From an uncultured Bacteroidia bacterium (lineage in GTDB: Bacteria > Bacteroidota > Bacteroidia > J057 > CALLMJ01), in contig CALLMJ010000091.1 of NCBI GenBank assembly GCA_938006875.1, positions 13,177-77,176 of the forward strand: a stretch of 64,000 nucleotides of DNA, in the 5' to 3' direction. Shown here piece by piece: positions 20,723 through 30,962 of this stretch. The notes under the pieces are model-generated. The model was not told the DNA's origin. It was given only the letters and a program-made list of their open reading frames with translations, and searched no databases. Made by a program: the position numbers and the translations under genes. How positions within the stretch are numbered: the first letter of the stretch is position 1; each line of letters starts with the position of its first letter.

Positions 20723-23131
20723 TTATTTTGCTAACAAATTACTTTCCAATTTTTTAACTGATTTTTCTAATTCGTTTAATTGATTTTTTAGATTCTGAAT
20801 TTCTATTTTAAGATTCTGGTTTTCCTGTTTTAATTCCTCCATTTCTGTTTTATCAACTTTTATTGTGTTCAAATCTTTCACTGCATTAAGCATTGTCCAA
20901 AGAATAGGGTCATGATTTAAACTTAAATATTCATGATTTTTATTGTAAATGATAGCCTCTGGGATAATTTTTTCTACATCTTGTGCAATAAAACCAGTAT
21001 GAACTCCATCAGAAACAATTCCTAATGGATTATCTTTTTTGTATTCATAAAAGACGGGTTGTATTTGCAATAAATCTTTTAATCCTCTATTGAAATGAGT
21101 AATATGGGTTTTTAGTCTTTTATCGGAAAAAGTAGCCCATGTTCCACCTCCTGTTTTACTTGCATTACCATTTACGGATAACGCCTGGTCAGGATTAGCA
21201 GTATTGATGCCAACATTGTTATTATTATGTTGAACAATTATAGATGGATTACCTGTTGTTGATCCGGCTCCTGTACCTCGAATAATCATGAATTTTCCTA
21301 CTCCTTCTCCATTGCTAGCACCCGTATTAATCAGATGAAACCATACCCCTCCTGTTGAAGAATTATGAACGGAATACCAGGTTCCTATATTAGAAGATGA
21401 TTGTACTCTAGAGACCCAACTAACATTGCTTGAGATTTCAAAAGGCGTATTAGGCGCATTGGTTCCTAAACCTAAATACCCACTAAAATATCCTTTACCT
21501 TGAAAGTAACCACCAAAGCCGGTATTAGGTGCTTTACCATATACTCCTGCTGCATTGGGATGGTTACTAGTAACTTCCCCAATAACTCCTGAAACAGCGG
21601 CAGAGTTATGATTATGTAAACCGTAAACACCTGCGGAAGACGTATTACTAGAATTAGCAACTCCTTGAACACCCCAAGCAGTGGCAGTAGTAGCATCAGA
21701 AAACCCTCTTACACCAGCAGAATTTGTCCCATTGCCCGTATTTCTACCATAAACACCGTAGGTTTGTCCTGCACCCGTTTGACGACCATAAACACCTGAT
21801 GAAAAGGTAGTAGCACTACTAGACTCTCCCCAAACCCCTGTAACATCAGCTGTTGTACCCGTTGCAACGCCTTTTATAGCAGCAGTATTAGTATTTGAAC
21901 TAGCAACTGTTGCAGATATTGCATAAGTTGCATTGGCTGTTGTAGAGGTATTTTCTACTAATAAAGCCGCAGAATTGGTTGTTGTAGAGGTAGAACGGAT
22001 GATAGCAGTATTTAAAGAATTATTAGTAATCCTAAAATTTGCTGTTTGGTCAGAAAAAAATTGATTATTAATATAGAATATTGAACCAGAGGGAATATCA
22101 CCCGCTGATATAGGGCTAGAAACAAAACTAGTACCATTTCCCCTTAAATAGCTTCCAACAGGTGCTGAACCACTTATTCTATAACCACCCGCATTAATAA
22201 TACCTGGAGATACATCTAATCTGGTAGAAGGTGTTGCAGTACCGATGCCCACTTCTCCTGAATTGGTTATAGTCATGGCTCTTGAAATTGTAGAGTTACC
22301 ATCTTTGGTTATCCAAAAAGAAATAGAGGTTGGCAAATCGTTAGAGTTAGAAGAAATCATATCTCTTTGAAATACAATAGCCGCTTGATCCTGTGAAACT
22401 TGAGCATCCCCTACGCGAATAATAGCTAAAGTATCACCAGCATTTGTAACCCAGTCCCCATGTTGTAAGAAAGTACTAGGTCCAAAAGTTCCTTTCCTTA
22501 AATGTAAAGTATAAAACGGGTTAGTAGTACCTATTCCAACCAAACCTGTATTATTGATTACCATTCTATTATTTCCATTTGTTCCAAAAAATAATGGTAA
22601 ATTATCGTAATTTATTAAATTCACACCGAAAGAATTATTTTCTAAAATGGCTCCAAATGTGGAAGAAGCATTATGGGTTAAACGAATAGTTGAGTAATTA
22701 TTTGAAGGTTGATGAATATGCAAATCTGCGGTGGGATTGGTAGTACTTATTCCTATTTTTCCTACTGCATCAACGAAAATTCCTTCATCGTCTCCATCAT
22801 TAGATAAATAATAACCTTGAAGCAATATATTTTGTATTGCGCTGTGGTCACCTAAATTATCTCCTAATGGGTCTTGATAAATCCAATCTAAACCATCATA
22901 ATAATAAAATCCTTCTATACCATCTGTTTGAAAAACTAAAAGTCCAGTAGCAGGGCTGGTGATATTAGTTCTTTGAGTGGATGTCATTCTAGGTACGAGT
23001 AATCCTTTATTAGTTGAAGATAAATCTAAAATACTACTAGGATCAGGCAAAGTTGTACCTATACCAATTTGTGCAATAACAGTATGTGAACAAAAAAGCA
23101 AGAATGCAATTAATTGTAAAATATTTTTCAT
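20723..23131 (-). CDS. Secreted tail-fibre-like protein with a C-terminal intramolecular-chaperone (peptidase S74) domain and a coiled coil
   Basis: Signal peptide, then the N-terminal IGIGTTLPDPSSILDLSS..GLLVPRMTSTQR module. Next come long Ser/Thr/Gly/Asn beta-helix-like repeats. These are followed by SDKRLKTHITHF...GFIAQDVEKIIPEAI (the S74 chaperone signature) and a heptad coiled coil. Confidence 0.75.
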   Translation of the reverse strand: MKNILQLIAFLLFCSHTVIAQIGIGTTLPDPSSILDLSSTNKGLLVPRMTSTQRTNITSPATGLLVFQTDGIEGFYYYDGLDWIYQDPLGDNLGDHSAIQNILLQGYYLSNDGDDEGIFVDAVGKIGISTTNPTADLHIHQPSNNYSTIRLTHNASSTFGAILENNSFGVNLINYDNLPLFFGTNGNNRMVINNTGLVGIGTTNPFYTLHLRKGTFGPSTFLQHGDWVTNAGDTLAIIRVGDAQVSQDQAAIVFQRDMISSNSNDLPTSISFWITKDGNSTISRAMTITNSGEVGIGTATPSTRLDVSPGIINAGGYRISGSAPVGSYLRGNGTSFVSSPISAGDIPSGSIFYINNQFFSDQTANFRITNNSLNTAIIRSTSTTTNSAALLVENTSTTANATYAISATVASSNTNTAAIKGVATGTTADVTGVWGESSSATTFSSGVYGRQTGAGQTYGVYGRNTGNGTNSAGVRGFSDATTATAWGVQGVANSSNTSSAGVYGLHNHNSAAVSGVIGEVTSNHPNAAGVYGKAPNTGFGGYFQGKGYFSGYLGLGTNAPNTPFEISSNVSWVSRVQSSSNIGTWYSVHNSSTGGVWFHLINTGASNGEGVGKFMIIRGTGAGSTTGNPSIIVQHNNNNVGINTANPDQALSVNGNASKTGGGTWATFSDKRLKTHITHFNRGLKDLLQIQPVFYEYKKDNPLGIVSDGVHTGFIAQDVEKIIPEAIIYNKNHEYLSLNHDPILWTMLNAVKDLNTIKVDKTEMEELKQENQNLKIEIQNLKNQLNELEKSVKKLESNLLAK

Positions 23132-23244
23132 GATGCAAATATAATTATAAATTATATTTTCGCAATTTTTTTTATTTTTTCATATTTTTCATAATTTTGA
23201 GCTTGTGTCGTAGTTTTGTGGCATAATTTAAGGAAATCCAAAAC

Positions 23245-26200
23245 ATGGCTCAATTTGTTCATTTACATTCTCATACAGAATACAGTTTATTAGACGGTGC
23301 AGCGAAAATAGAAGATTTAATAGATAAAGCTCATCAAAACCAAATGCCCGCAATTGCTATTTCCGACCACGGCAATATGTTTGGTGTTCCTCAATTCGCT
23401 TTAAACGCTAAATCCAAAAACATTAAACCCATCATTGGTTGTGAATTTTATATCTGTAAATATGACCTTAAAAACTTTACCAAAGAAAATGAAACCTATC
23501 ATCAAATTCTTTTAGCACGAAATGAACAAGGTTATAAAAATTTAATGTATCTAAACAGCATCGCTTACCAAGAAGGGTATTACTACAAACCTCGTATTGA
23601 TAAAGAAATTTTAAGTAAACATGCCGAGGGGCTTATTGCGACCACTTGTTGCCTAGCCTCCGAAATCAATCAAAACATTTTAAAAGGAAATTTACAAGAA
23701 GCAGAAGAGTTATTTAAATGGTATCTTAATCTCTTCGGTGAACATTATTATGTTGAATTGCAAAGACATAACCTTAAAGACCAAGAAACATGTAATCAAA
23801 TATTGATTCAATGGGCAAAAAAATATAACGTAAAAATTATTGCTACTAATGACTCGCATTACGTAAATAAAGAAGATGCGGATGCTCACGATTTGCTTTT
23901 AGCCTTACAAACCGGTTCAGATTATTATGAAAAAAATCGGTTCCGTTTCACAGATGATAACAACGAACTTAATCCTAGGTTTTATTTTAAAACTGCCGAA
24001 GAAATGTTGGATATTTTCCAGGATATTCCAGAGGCAGTAGAAAATACGGTTGCCGTTGCTGAAACCGTGGACTTTAAATTAAACTTAAATTCAGATTTAC
24101 TTTTACCGATTTACAAAGTTCCTGCAGGTTTTCAGTCTATGATGGAATATTTAACGTATTTAACTTGGGAAGGAGCGAAAGTCCGTTATCCTATTATTAC
24201 TCCTGAAATAACCGAAAGGATTGAACATGAGCTAAAAATTATAGAAAAAATGGGTTTTGAGGGGTATTTCTTAATAGTTCAAGGTTTTACAACAGAAGCC
24301 CGAAAACGTGGAGTATTAGTAGGACCAGGAAGAGGATCCGCCGCAGGTTCTGTTGTTGCTTATTGCATCGGTATCATTGATATTGACCCTATGGAATATG
24401 CTTTACTCTTTGAAAGGTTCTTAAACCCTGAACGTATTTCTCCACCTGATATTGATATAGATTTTGACGACGAAGGAAGGCAAGCTGTTATTGATTATGT
24501 AGTAGAAGAGTACGGTAGAAATTCGGTTTGTCAAATCATTACCTACGGTACTATGGGAGCTAAAACAGCTTTGAGAGATGTAGGTAGAACCCTTAAAATT
24601 CCCCTTGATGAAGTAAATAAAATTGCTAAACTCATACCCGAAAAACCAGGTATAACCTTTAAAAAAGCTTTTTCCAAAGAAGATAACCCCGATAATTTCC
24701 AAAAATTACTTGAACTTAAAAATAATGGGCGTGAAGAAATCCAAAAACTGTTCAATTATGCGATGACCTTGGAAGGTACCACCCGACATACCGGCGTCCA
24801 TGCGGCAGGGGTAATTATTGCACCCGGTGAACTCTATAATTATGTCCCGTTAGCTGTTAATAAAGATAAAGTCGTTACTACTCAATACGATGGACCCTCC
24901 GCTGAAAAAGTAGGTCTTTTAAAAATGGATTTTCTGGGGCTCAAAACTTTATCTATCATGAAAACCTGTTGTAAAATCATCAAACAAACACAAAGTATAG
25001 AAATTAATCCTCAAAAAGTTCCTTTAGATGACCCTAAAACTTTTGAATTGTACCAAAAAGGTGAAACCGTTGCAACGTTTCAGTTTGAATCTGATGGTAT
25101 GCAAAAATATTTAAGACAATTAAAACCAACCAATATTGAGGATTTAATTGCTATGAACGCTTTGTACCGCCCAGGACCTATGGACAATATCCCTACGTTT
25201 ATTGATAGAAAACATGGTAAGCAACCCATAGAATATGAACACCCTAAATTGGAGTCTATACTCAAAAATACTTATGGAATTATGGTTTATCAAGAACAAG
25301 TTATGCAGATTGCACAAGCGATTGCAGGATATAGTTTAGGAGGTGCAGATTTGTTACGTAGAGCCATGGGCAAAAAGAAAAAAGAAGTTATGGAAGCAGA
25401 GCGTTCCAAGTTTGTGGAAGGTGCAATTCAACAAGGTGTAGAAAAGGAAACTGCTGAAAAAATTTTTGATACCATGGCGAAATTTGCGGAATACGGTTTT
25501 AATAAATCACATGCCGCCGCTTACTCTGTTTTAGCCTATCAAACTGCTTACCTAAAAGCTCACTTCCCCCATGAATACATGGCAGCAGTACTATCCCATC
25601 ATATTAACGACATCAAAGATATAACCTTTTTCATTGAAGAATGCCGAAGAATGAAAATTGAAGTACTACCTCCTTGTGTGAATGAATCAGAAATGCTTTT
25701 TTCTGTTAACAAAAATAAACAAATACGATTCGGTTTAAATGCTATCAAAGGGCTCGGAGAGGCAAGTGCAGAAACCATTATTAATGAAAGAAAAAAAGGT
25801 GGTGCTTATAAAGATATTTATGATTTTATAACAAGGCTTGATAACAAAACTTTAAATAAAAAGAATTTTGAAAGTTTAATTTATAGCGGTGCTTTAGATT
25901 TTGATAAAAATATAAAACGTTATCAATACTTAACAAAAGCCAATGAAAAAGAAGAAAGTTTCATGGAAAAACTTATGCAGTTTTGTGTAAAATATCATCA
26001 AAACCAACAAAAACAATCATCTTCTGTTTTATTTGGAATAGGTACAATGAACGATATTATAGAAAAACCATTACCTCCTCAAAATTTAGAGCCTTGGTCT
26101 CATATTCAGCAACTAAAACATGAAAGAAATTTTTTAGGTTTTTACTTAACAGGTCATCCATTAGATAAATATAAACATGAAATCAAGGCTTTTACAACTT

Positions 26201-26727
26201 GTGCAATTTCAGAAATTGATAATTTTAAAAACAAAGAAGTGAAAATAGCAGGAATAGTAACAGATTTTCAAGAAAAAGTTTCTCAAAAAGGTACAAAGTG
26301 GGGCAAGGTAATGATTGAAGATTTTCAAGGTTCTGTTGAAATTACTTTGTTTGGTGAAGACTTTTTAAAATTTAAACACTTTTTCGTTTTGGATAACATG
26401 TTATTTTTGACTTGTAGCTATTTACCCAATTTTAAAAATCCTGACCAGTATGATATTCGTATAAAAGAAATTAAACTTTTAGAAGATATGTTAAGCCAAG
26501 CCAAAGAAATTGTCATTGAAATTGATAATTTATTATTTGATAATCAAAAAGTTAAAGAACTTTATCAAATTTTTCAGCATCATAAAGGAAAAAATAATGT
26601 TAAATTTGCTATTCGTTCAGGTTTTGGTATGGAATTATTAACAATGAGTAAAAATACTAACATTGAAATAAATAATTCTTTGCTCATGGAACTTGAACAG
26701 GGTCATTTTGAGTTTAGTCTAAAATAA
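23245..26727 (+). CDS. dnaE: DNA polymerase III alpha subunit
   Basis: 1160 aa. PHP domain FVHLHSHTEYSLLDG, polymerase core GPGRGSAAGS and DFLGLKTL, and a C-terminal OB fold. Confidence 0.97.
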   Translation: MAQFVHLHSHTEYSLLDGAAKIEDLIDKAHQNQMPAIAISDHGNMFGVPQFALNAKSKNIKPIIGCEFYICKYDLKNFTKENETYHQILLARNEQGYKNLMYLNSIAYQEGYYYKPRIDKEILSKHAEGLIATTCCLASEINQNILKGNLQEAEELFKWYLNLFGEHYYVELQRHNLKDQETCNQILIQWAKKYNVKIIATNDSHYVNKEDADAHDLLLALQTGSDYYEKNRFRFTDDNNELNPRFYFKTAEEMLDIFQDIPEAVENTVAVAETVDFKLNLNSDLLLPIYKVPAGFQSMMEYLTYLTWEGAKVRYPIITPEITERIEHELKIIEKMGFEGYFLIVQGFTTEARKRGVLVGPGRGSAAGSVVAYCIGIIDIDPMEYALLFERFLNPERISPPDIDIDFDDEGRQAVIDYVVEEYGRNSVCQIITYGTMGAKTALRDVGRTLKIPLDEVNKIAKLIPEKPGITFKKAFSKEDNPDNFQKLLELKNNGREEIQKLFNYAMTLEGTTRHTGVHAAGVIIAPGELYNYVPLAVNKDKVVTTQYDGPSAEKVGLLKMDFLGLKTLSIMKTCCKIIKQTQSIEINPQKVPLDDPKTFELYQKGETVATFQFESDGMQKYLRQLKPTNIEDLIAMNALYRPGPMDNIPTFIDRKHGKQPIEYEHPKLESILKNTYGIMVYQEQVMQIAQAIAGYSLGGADLLRRAMGKKKKEVMEAERSKFVEGAIQQGVEKETAEKIFDTMAKFAEYGFNKSHAAAYSVLAYQTAYLKAHFPHEYMAAVLSHHINDIKDITFFIEECRRMKIEVLPPCVNESEMLFSVNKNKQIRFGLNAIKGLGEASAETIINERKKGGAYKDIYDFITRLDNKTLNKKNFESLIYSGALDFDKNIKRYQYLTKANEKEESFMEKLMQFCVKYHQNQQKQSSSVLFGIGTMNDIIEKPLPPQNLEPWSHIQQLKHERNFLGFYLTGHPLDKYKHEIKAFTTCAISEIDNFKNKEVKIAGIVTDFQEKVSQKGTKWGKVMIEDFQGSVEITLFGEDFLKFKHFFVLDNMLFLTCSYLPNFKNPDQYDIRIKEIKLLEDMLSQAKEIVIEIDNLLFDNQKVKELYQIFQHHKGKNNVKFAIRSGFGMELLTMSKNTNIEINNSLLMELEQGHFEFSLK

Positions 26728-26738
26728 TAAATATAACA

Positions 26739-27068
26739 ATGGGAAATTATTCAATTGAAATTACAGATCAAAATTTTGAAGAAGTTGTATTAAATTCTGA
26801 TAAGCCTGTTTTAGTGGATTTTTGGGCAGAATGGTGCGGTCCCTGTTTAATGATTGCTCCTGCTATTGAAGAACTTGCTCAAGAATATCAAGGTAAGTTT
26901 GTAATTGGTAAAATGAACGTAGATAATAATTCTGAAGTGCCAATGCAATATGGTATTAGAAACATTCCTACTCTTTTGTTCTTTAAAGGCGGTAATATTA
27001 TTGACAAACAAGTAGGTGCCTCTGCTAAAAGTGCATTAAAATCTAAATTAGAGGCTATTTTAGCTTAA
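26739..27068 (+). CDS. trxA: Thioredoxin
   Basis: 109 aa with the WCGPC active site. Confidence 0.95.
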   Translation: MGNYSIEITDQNFEEVVLNSDKPVLVDFWAEWCGPCLMIAPAIEELAQEYQGKFVIGKMNVDNNSEVPMQYGIRNIPTLLFFKGGNIIDKQVGASAKSALKSKLEAILA

Positions 27069-27087
27069 CTTCAAAATTTTTTGTCAT

Positions 27088-27125
27088 AGACCTGAGTTTC
27101 ATAAAACTCAGGTCTATTATTTTGT
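27088..27125 (+). terminator. Rho-independent terminator after trxA
   Basis: Perfect 11-bp stem AGACCTGAGTT (27088-27098) / AACTCAGGTCT (27105-27115), followed by ATTATTTTG. Confidence 0.8.
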
Positions 27126-27159
27126 GATAACTAAATTACTAACTCAATAATCTTAGAAA

Positions 27160-28983
27160 TTACTTGCAATACTTCTGAGTTAAGTCTTCCGCTTCTTTTA
27201 AACCTAACTCTTTTGCTTTTCTCCAATCATTACAAGCTTCTGTTTTTTTGCTGAGGTTATAATTAGCAATCCCACGATTGTAATAAGCTAAAGGGTCTTT
27301 GGGGTCAATTCTAATGGCATTATTATAGCTAATTATAGCGGTCTGATAATCTTTTTTGTCAGCATGAATGGTTCCCATGTTATTATAGGCACCTGCGTTG
27401 TTAGGGTCTAATTTTATACTGAGTTCATAATCCTTTAAAGCTTCATCATTTTTTTGCAGTTTAGAATAAATATTGGCACGATTAAAATAATAAGTAGGTT
27501 CTTTTTTATCTAACTCAATGGCTTTGTTGTAGTTATTTAAACTTTTGTTATAATCTTGCTTGGCTTCAAAACATTTCGCTTTCACTGCATAAACTTCTGC
27601 ATAATCATAATTATTTTTTAAAGCTTTATCAGCATCTTCAAGGGCTTGATCATAAGCACCCATTTCACTATATAGTTTAGCACGACCATAAAATGAATAA
27701 CCATCATTAGGATTGAGTTCTAATGCTTTACTAAAATCTTGCAGTGCCCATTCATATTTTTTTAAATTTTTTCTGATAATCCCTCTAAAAGCATATCCAG
27801 ATTGAAAATTAGGGTTATTTTTTATAGCGGAATTAATATCATCTTCAGCTTCAATATAAAGTTGTTTATTAAATCTTATCACAGCACGGTTATAATAAGC
27901 TAAGGTATCACCTTGATGAATTTTAATTGCAGTGTTTAAATCTGCTTCAGCACCATTTAAGTCTCCTGTTTCTTTTCTTGCAATCGCTCTTCCAATGAGT
28001 AAATGAGCATTATTAGGATCATTTTTTAGCGCAATATTATAATCATTTAAAGCATTCGGATAATCTTTTTGTTCGGAATATAGAAATGCACGTTGTAAAT
28101 ACACCTCTGAGTTATTAGGGCTTAATTGTAAAGATTTATTAAAATCCACTAATGCACTTTTATAATCTTTCATTTTGGTTTTGGTGATTCCTCGGCTCAA
28201 ATAAGCATTAACATAATTGGGATTGAGTTCTAAAGCTTTATTATAATCCTCTAAAGCTCCTTTAAAATCCTGAATTTGACGTTTGGCATTTCCTCTATTA
28301 ACATAAGCTGAAGCCATTTGAGGGCTAATTTCTAATGCTTTGGTAAAACATTCTATTGCTTTTGTAAATTTATTCATTTCGCTATAAGCAACACCATTTG
28401 AATACCAAGCATGAGGGTCAGTAGGGTTAATAGAAACCGCTTTTTCAAAATCTTGAATGGCACCTGAGTAATCGCCAATTTGTTTTTTGGATCCACCTCT
28501 TTCAACATACCCTCTTGAATTTTCTGGTTCTAATGAAACGGCTTTATCTCCATCAGAAATAGCATCTTTATTTTGGAATAATCCCCTTTTTGCTATAGAC
28601 CTCGCAATATAAGCCGTTGATTTATTCGGATTAATCATAATAGCTTTATCACAATCTTGTATGGATTCATTATACTGGTTCAGGTTATTTGAAGCATAAG
28701 CACGCCCAACTAAAGCATCATATAAATTATTTTTTAATGCTAAAGATTGTGAATAAGCATTTTTTGCATTTATATAGTCCCCTAAACCAAAATAAGCTTC
28801 TCCCATGTAAAGATAAAAATCAGGATTTTTGCTTTCTAATGTTTTGATTTTTTCTAAATCTTTTAATGCTGATTTATAATCATATTTTTCTAATTTATTT
28901 TTTGCATCTTGAAGGGTTTGACCTTGTAAAAAATTGACTAAAAAATATAAAATCAAAACTATTTTGTTCATTATATACAACAT
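27160..28983 (-). CDS. Exported tetratricopeptide-repeat (TPR) protein
   Basis: 607 aa. N-terminal signal peptide, then about 15 consecutive 34-residue TPR units (A-x-x-D-[FY]-x-K-A-[LI]-x-[LI]-[ND]-P). Confidence 0.85.
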   Translation of the reverse strand: MLYIMNKIVLILYFLVNFLQGQTLQDAKNKLEKYDYKSALKDLEKIKTLESKNPDFYLYMGEAYFGLGDYINAKNAYSQSLALKNNLYDALVGRAYASNNLNQYNESIQDCDKAIMINPNKSTAYIARSIAKRGLFQNKDAISDGDKAVSLEPENSRGYVERGGSKKQIGDYSGAIQDFEKAVSINPTDPHAWYSNGVAYSEMNKFTKAIECFTKALEISPQMASAYVNRGNAKRQIQDFKGALEDYNKALELNPNYVNAYLSRGITKTKMKDYKSALVDFNKSLQLSPNNSEVYLQRAFLYSEQKDYPNALNDYNIALKNDPNNAHLLIGRAIARKETGDLNGAEADLNTAIKIHQGDTLAYYNRAVIRFNKQLYIEAEDDINSAIKNNPNFQSGYAFRGIIRKNLKKYEWALQDFSKALELNPNDGYSFYGRAKLYSEMGAYDQALEDADKALKNNYDYAEVYAVKAKCFEAKQDYNKSLNNYNKAIELDKKEPTYYFNRANIYSKLQKNDEALKDYELSIKLDPNNAGAYNNMGTIHADKKDYQTAIISYNNAIRIDPKDPLAYYNRGIANYNLSKKTEACNDWRKAKELGLKEAEDLTQKYCK

Positions 28984-29025
28984 ATTAACTGAAATTTATA
29001 CGCAATAGTAAGAAAAAGTTACTTT

Positions 29026-29062
29026 AAAAAAAAGAGGCTTTTCCGAAAATAGAAGCCTCTTT
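29026..29062 (-). terminator. Rho-independent terminator after the POT transporter gene
   Basis: 10-bp stem 29031-29040 / 29053-29062 (AAAGAGGCTT / AAGCCTCTTT). On the minus strand it is followed by a run of seven T. Confidence 0.8.
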
Positions 29063-29083
29063 TGTTGTTTTAGTTTCTCATAA

Positions 29084-30670
29084 TTAATTTTCTTCGTGCA
29101 TCATTTGAGTTAATTTTTTTGATAATGCAAACATAATCAAAGCAGCTAATCCAGAAAATATTACAAATACCATAAAGAAATCATATAAATCCTTAATTTG
29201 GAAACCTAAAAGTACGGGTTTTTTGGGATTAGAAGGATCAGGATAGAATTGAGAAAATACGCCTGCTAATTTATTGGCAGTAGAAGTGGATAAAAACCAA
29301 ACTCCCATTAGTAATGATGCAAACCTTGCAGGTGCTAATTTATTTACCATAGAAAGCCCAATGGGAGATAAACAAAGTTCACCGATAGTATGAAGCAAAT
29401 ACAATGTAGTTAACCATAACATACTCACTTTAACGTTAGGGTTTAGGTTTTTAACACCAAAAGTAATAATAAAATAACCGATTGCTAAAAATAATAAACC
29501 GAAAGCTTGTTTTAAAGGAGAAGAAGGTTCTAAGCCTTTTTTATTAAGAGCCTGCCAAATCAAAGAAAATACAGGTGCTAAAGCCACAATAAAAATGGCA
29601 TTAAAACTTTGAAAGTAACTAGCTGGCATTTCCCACCCAAAAAGCTTACGGTTGGTTTGTTCAGCAGCAAAAACTGTTAATGAGGCTCCTGCTTGTTCAA
29701 ATGCAATCCAAAAAGCAATCACAAAGAATGCCGAAATGAAAATAACCCAAATACGTTCTTTTTCAATAGTAGTTAAAGTAGGGTCTGTAATAATAGAAGC
29801 AGGTGCCGCTAAAGTCAAAGAATAAATAAAAATACCAATCCAATCCAATTTTGCAAATTCTTCCCCTTGAACTAACGATATTCCCACAAAAAGAACTAAT
29901 GAACCTATAATCCAACCTATAAGCCTTCCAATGCTATTATCTTTTTTATCTTCGGAATTTCCTTTTATGAATTTAGAGGAATCTGGTTTTCCACCAATAG
30001 CTTCACCAGTGGGAGTAACTAAATATTTATTCTTTAATAGTTCAAAGGAAACAATACTTATAATCATACCTATACAAGCAGCCAAAAAACCCCATTTAAA
30101 GTATTCAGGAAGAGCTTTTCCACTGGAATCATAGTGTTCACCTAATGCACCGCAAACTAATGGAGCAAAAAATGCACCCAGATTAATCCCCATATAAAAA
30201 ATAGTAAATGCAGCATCTTTTCTTGTATCTGTTTGAGAATATAAACTCCCTACCATAGTAGAAATATTAGGTTTAAAAAAACCATTACCCATAATTAAAC
30301 ATCCTAAACCACATAACATTAAAATATTAGCAAATTCAAAGTTTGAATAATTACTTGCACTTAAAAACATTAAAAATTGACCAAGAGCCATTAATAAACC
30401 TCCTACTAAGATAGATTTTCTATTGCCCCAATAACGGTCAGAAATATAACCACCAATAAGAGGAGTTAGATACACTAAACCTGTATAGCTACCATAGATT
30501 TGAGCAGCTTGGCTTTTATTCATCATAAGAGCATTCAAAAGGTAAAGCGTAAATATGGCACGCATACCGTAATAACTAAAACGTTCCCACATTTCTGTAA
30601 AAAACAATAAATAAAGACCTTCTGGATGACCTTTGGGCGTTTCTTTTTGTACTTCGTTTGATATTTCCAT
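29084..30670 (-). CDS. Proton-dependent oligopeptide transporter (POT/PTR2 family, DtpT-like); start taken at the ATG at 30670 (the ORF is open to 30775)
   Basis: PTR2 signature region FTEMWERFSYYGMRAIFTLYL. About 14 TM segments. Confidence 0.9.
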   Translation of the reverse strand: MEISNEVQKETPKGHPEGLYLLFFTEMWERFSYYGMRAIFTLYLLNALMMNKSQAAQIYGSYTGLVYLTPLIGGYISDRYWGNRKSILVGGLLMALGQFLMFLSASNYSNFEFANILMLCGLGCLIMGNGFFKPNISTMVGSLYSQTDTRKDAAFTIFYMGINLGAFFAPLVCGALGEHYDSSGKALPEYFKWGFLAACIGMIISIVSFELLKNKYLVTPTGEAIGGKPDSSKFIKGNSEDKKDNSIGRLIGWIIGSLVLFVGISLVQGEEFAKLDWIGIFIYSLTLAAPASIITDPTLTTIEKERIWVIFISAFFVIAFWIAFEQAGASLTVFAAEQTNRKLFGWEMPASYFQSFNAIFIVALAPVFSLIWQALNKKGLEPSSPLKQAFGLLFLAIGYFIITFGVKNLNPNVKVSMLWLTTLYLLHTIGELCLSPIGLSMVNKLAPARFASLLMGVWFLSTSTANKLAGVFSQFYPDPSNPKKPVLLGFQIKDLYDFFMVFVIFSGLAALIMFALSKKLTQMMHEEN

Positions 30671-30962
30671 TATTTCAAATAAATGAACCGTAAAATTATA
30701 AACTTTTTCAAAATACAAATAAACTTTGAAGAATTTGTGTTTTAAATCTATAAATTTTTTGCAAAGCTTTAACAATTTAAAATCTTTGGAATAACAAAAA
30801 ATTCATCTTTTTTTAAAATAGAGATTTTGAACGAAATTTTTGTTTTGATTACAACTAATTGTATTAAATTAAATTATGCATGGGATAGCGACATTTTGAA
30901 ACCTATCAACAAAAGTTTATAGTTTGATTTATCTAAATGTTGAAAATTAATTTTCTACCTGT

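Noticed and set aside
20723-23131. Prophage or phage-remnant call based on the tail-fibre-like gene
   Set aside because: No other phage-type genes (integrase, terminase, capsid, tail, lysis), att-like repeats or tRNA target are present nearby. The flanking genes are core housekeeping genes.
30811-30828. 18-nt exact repeat TTTTAAAATAGAGATTTT, also at 57490-57507 directly abutting the acyl-CoA dehydrogenase ATG (a related AAAATTAAGAGATTTTT occurs at 33114-33130)
   Set aside because: This is low-complexity AT-rich sequence with only two exact copies in different contexts, one at a start codon and one not. It cannot be distinguished from chance or a generic AT-rich leader without genome-wide counts.
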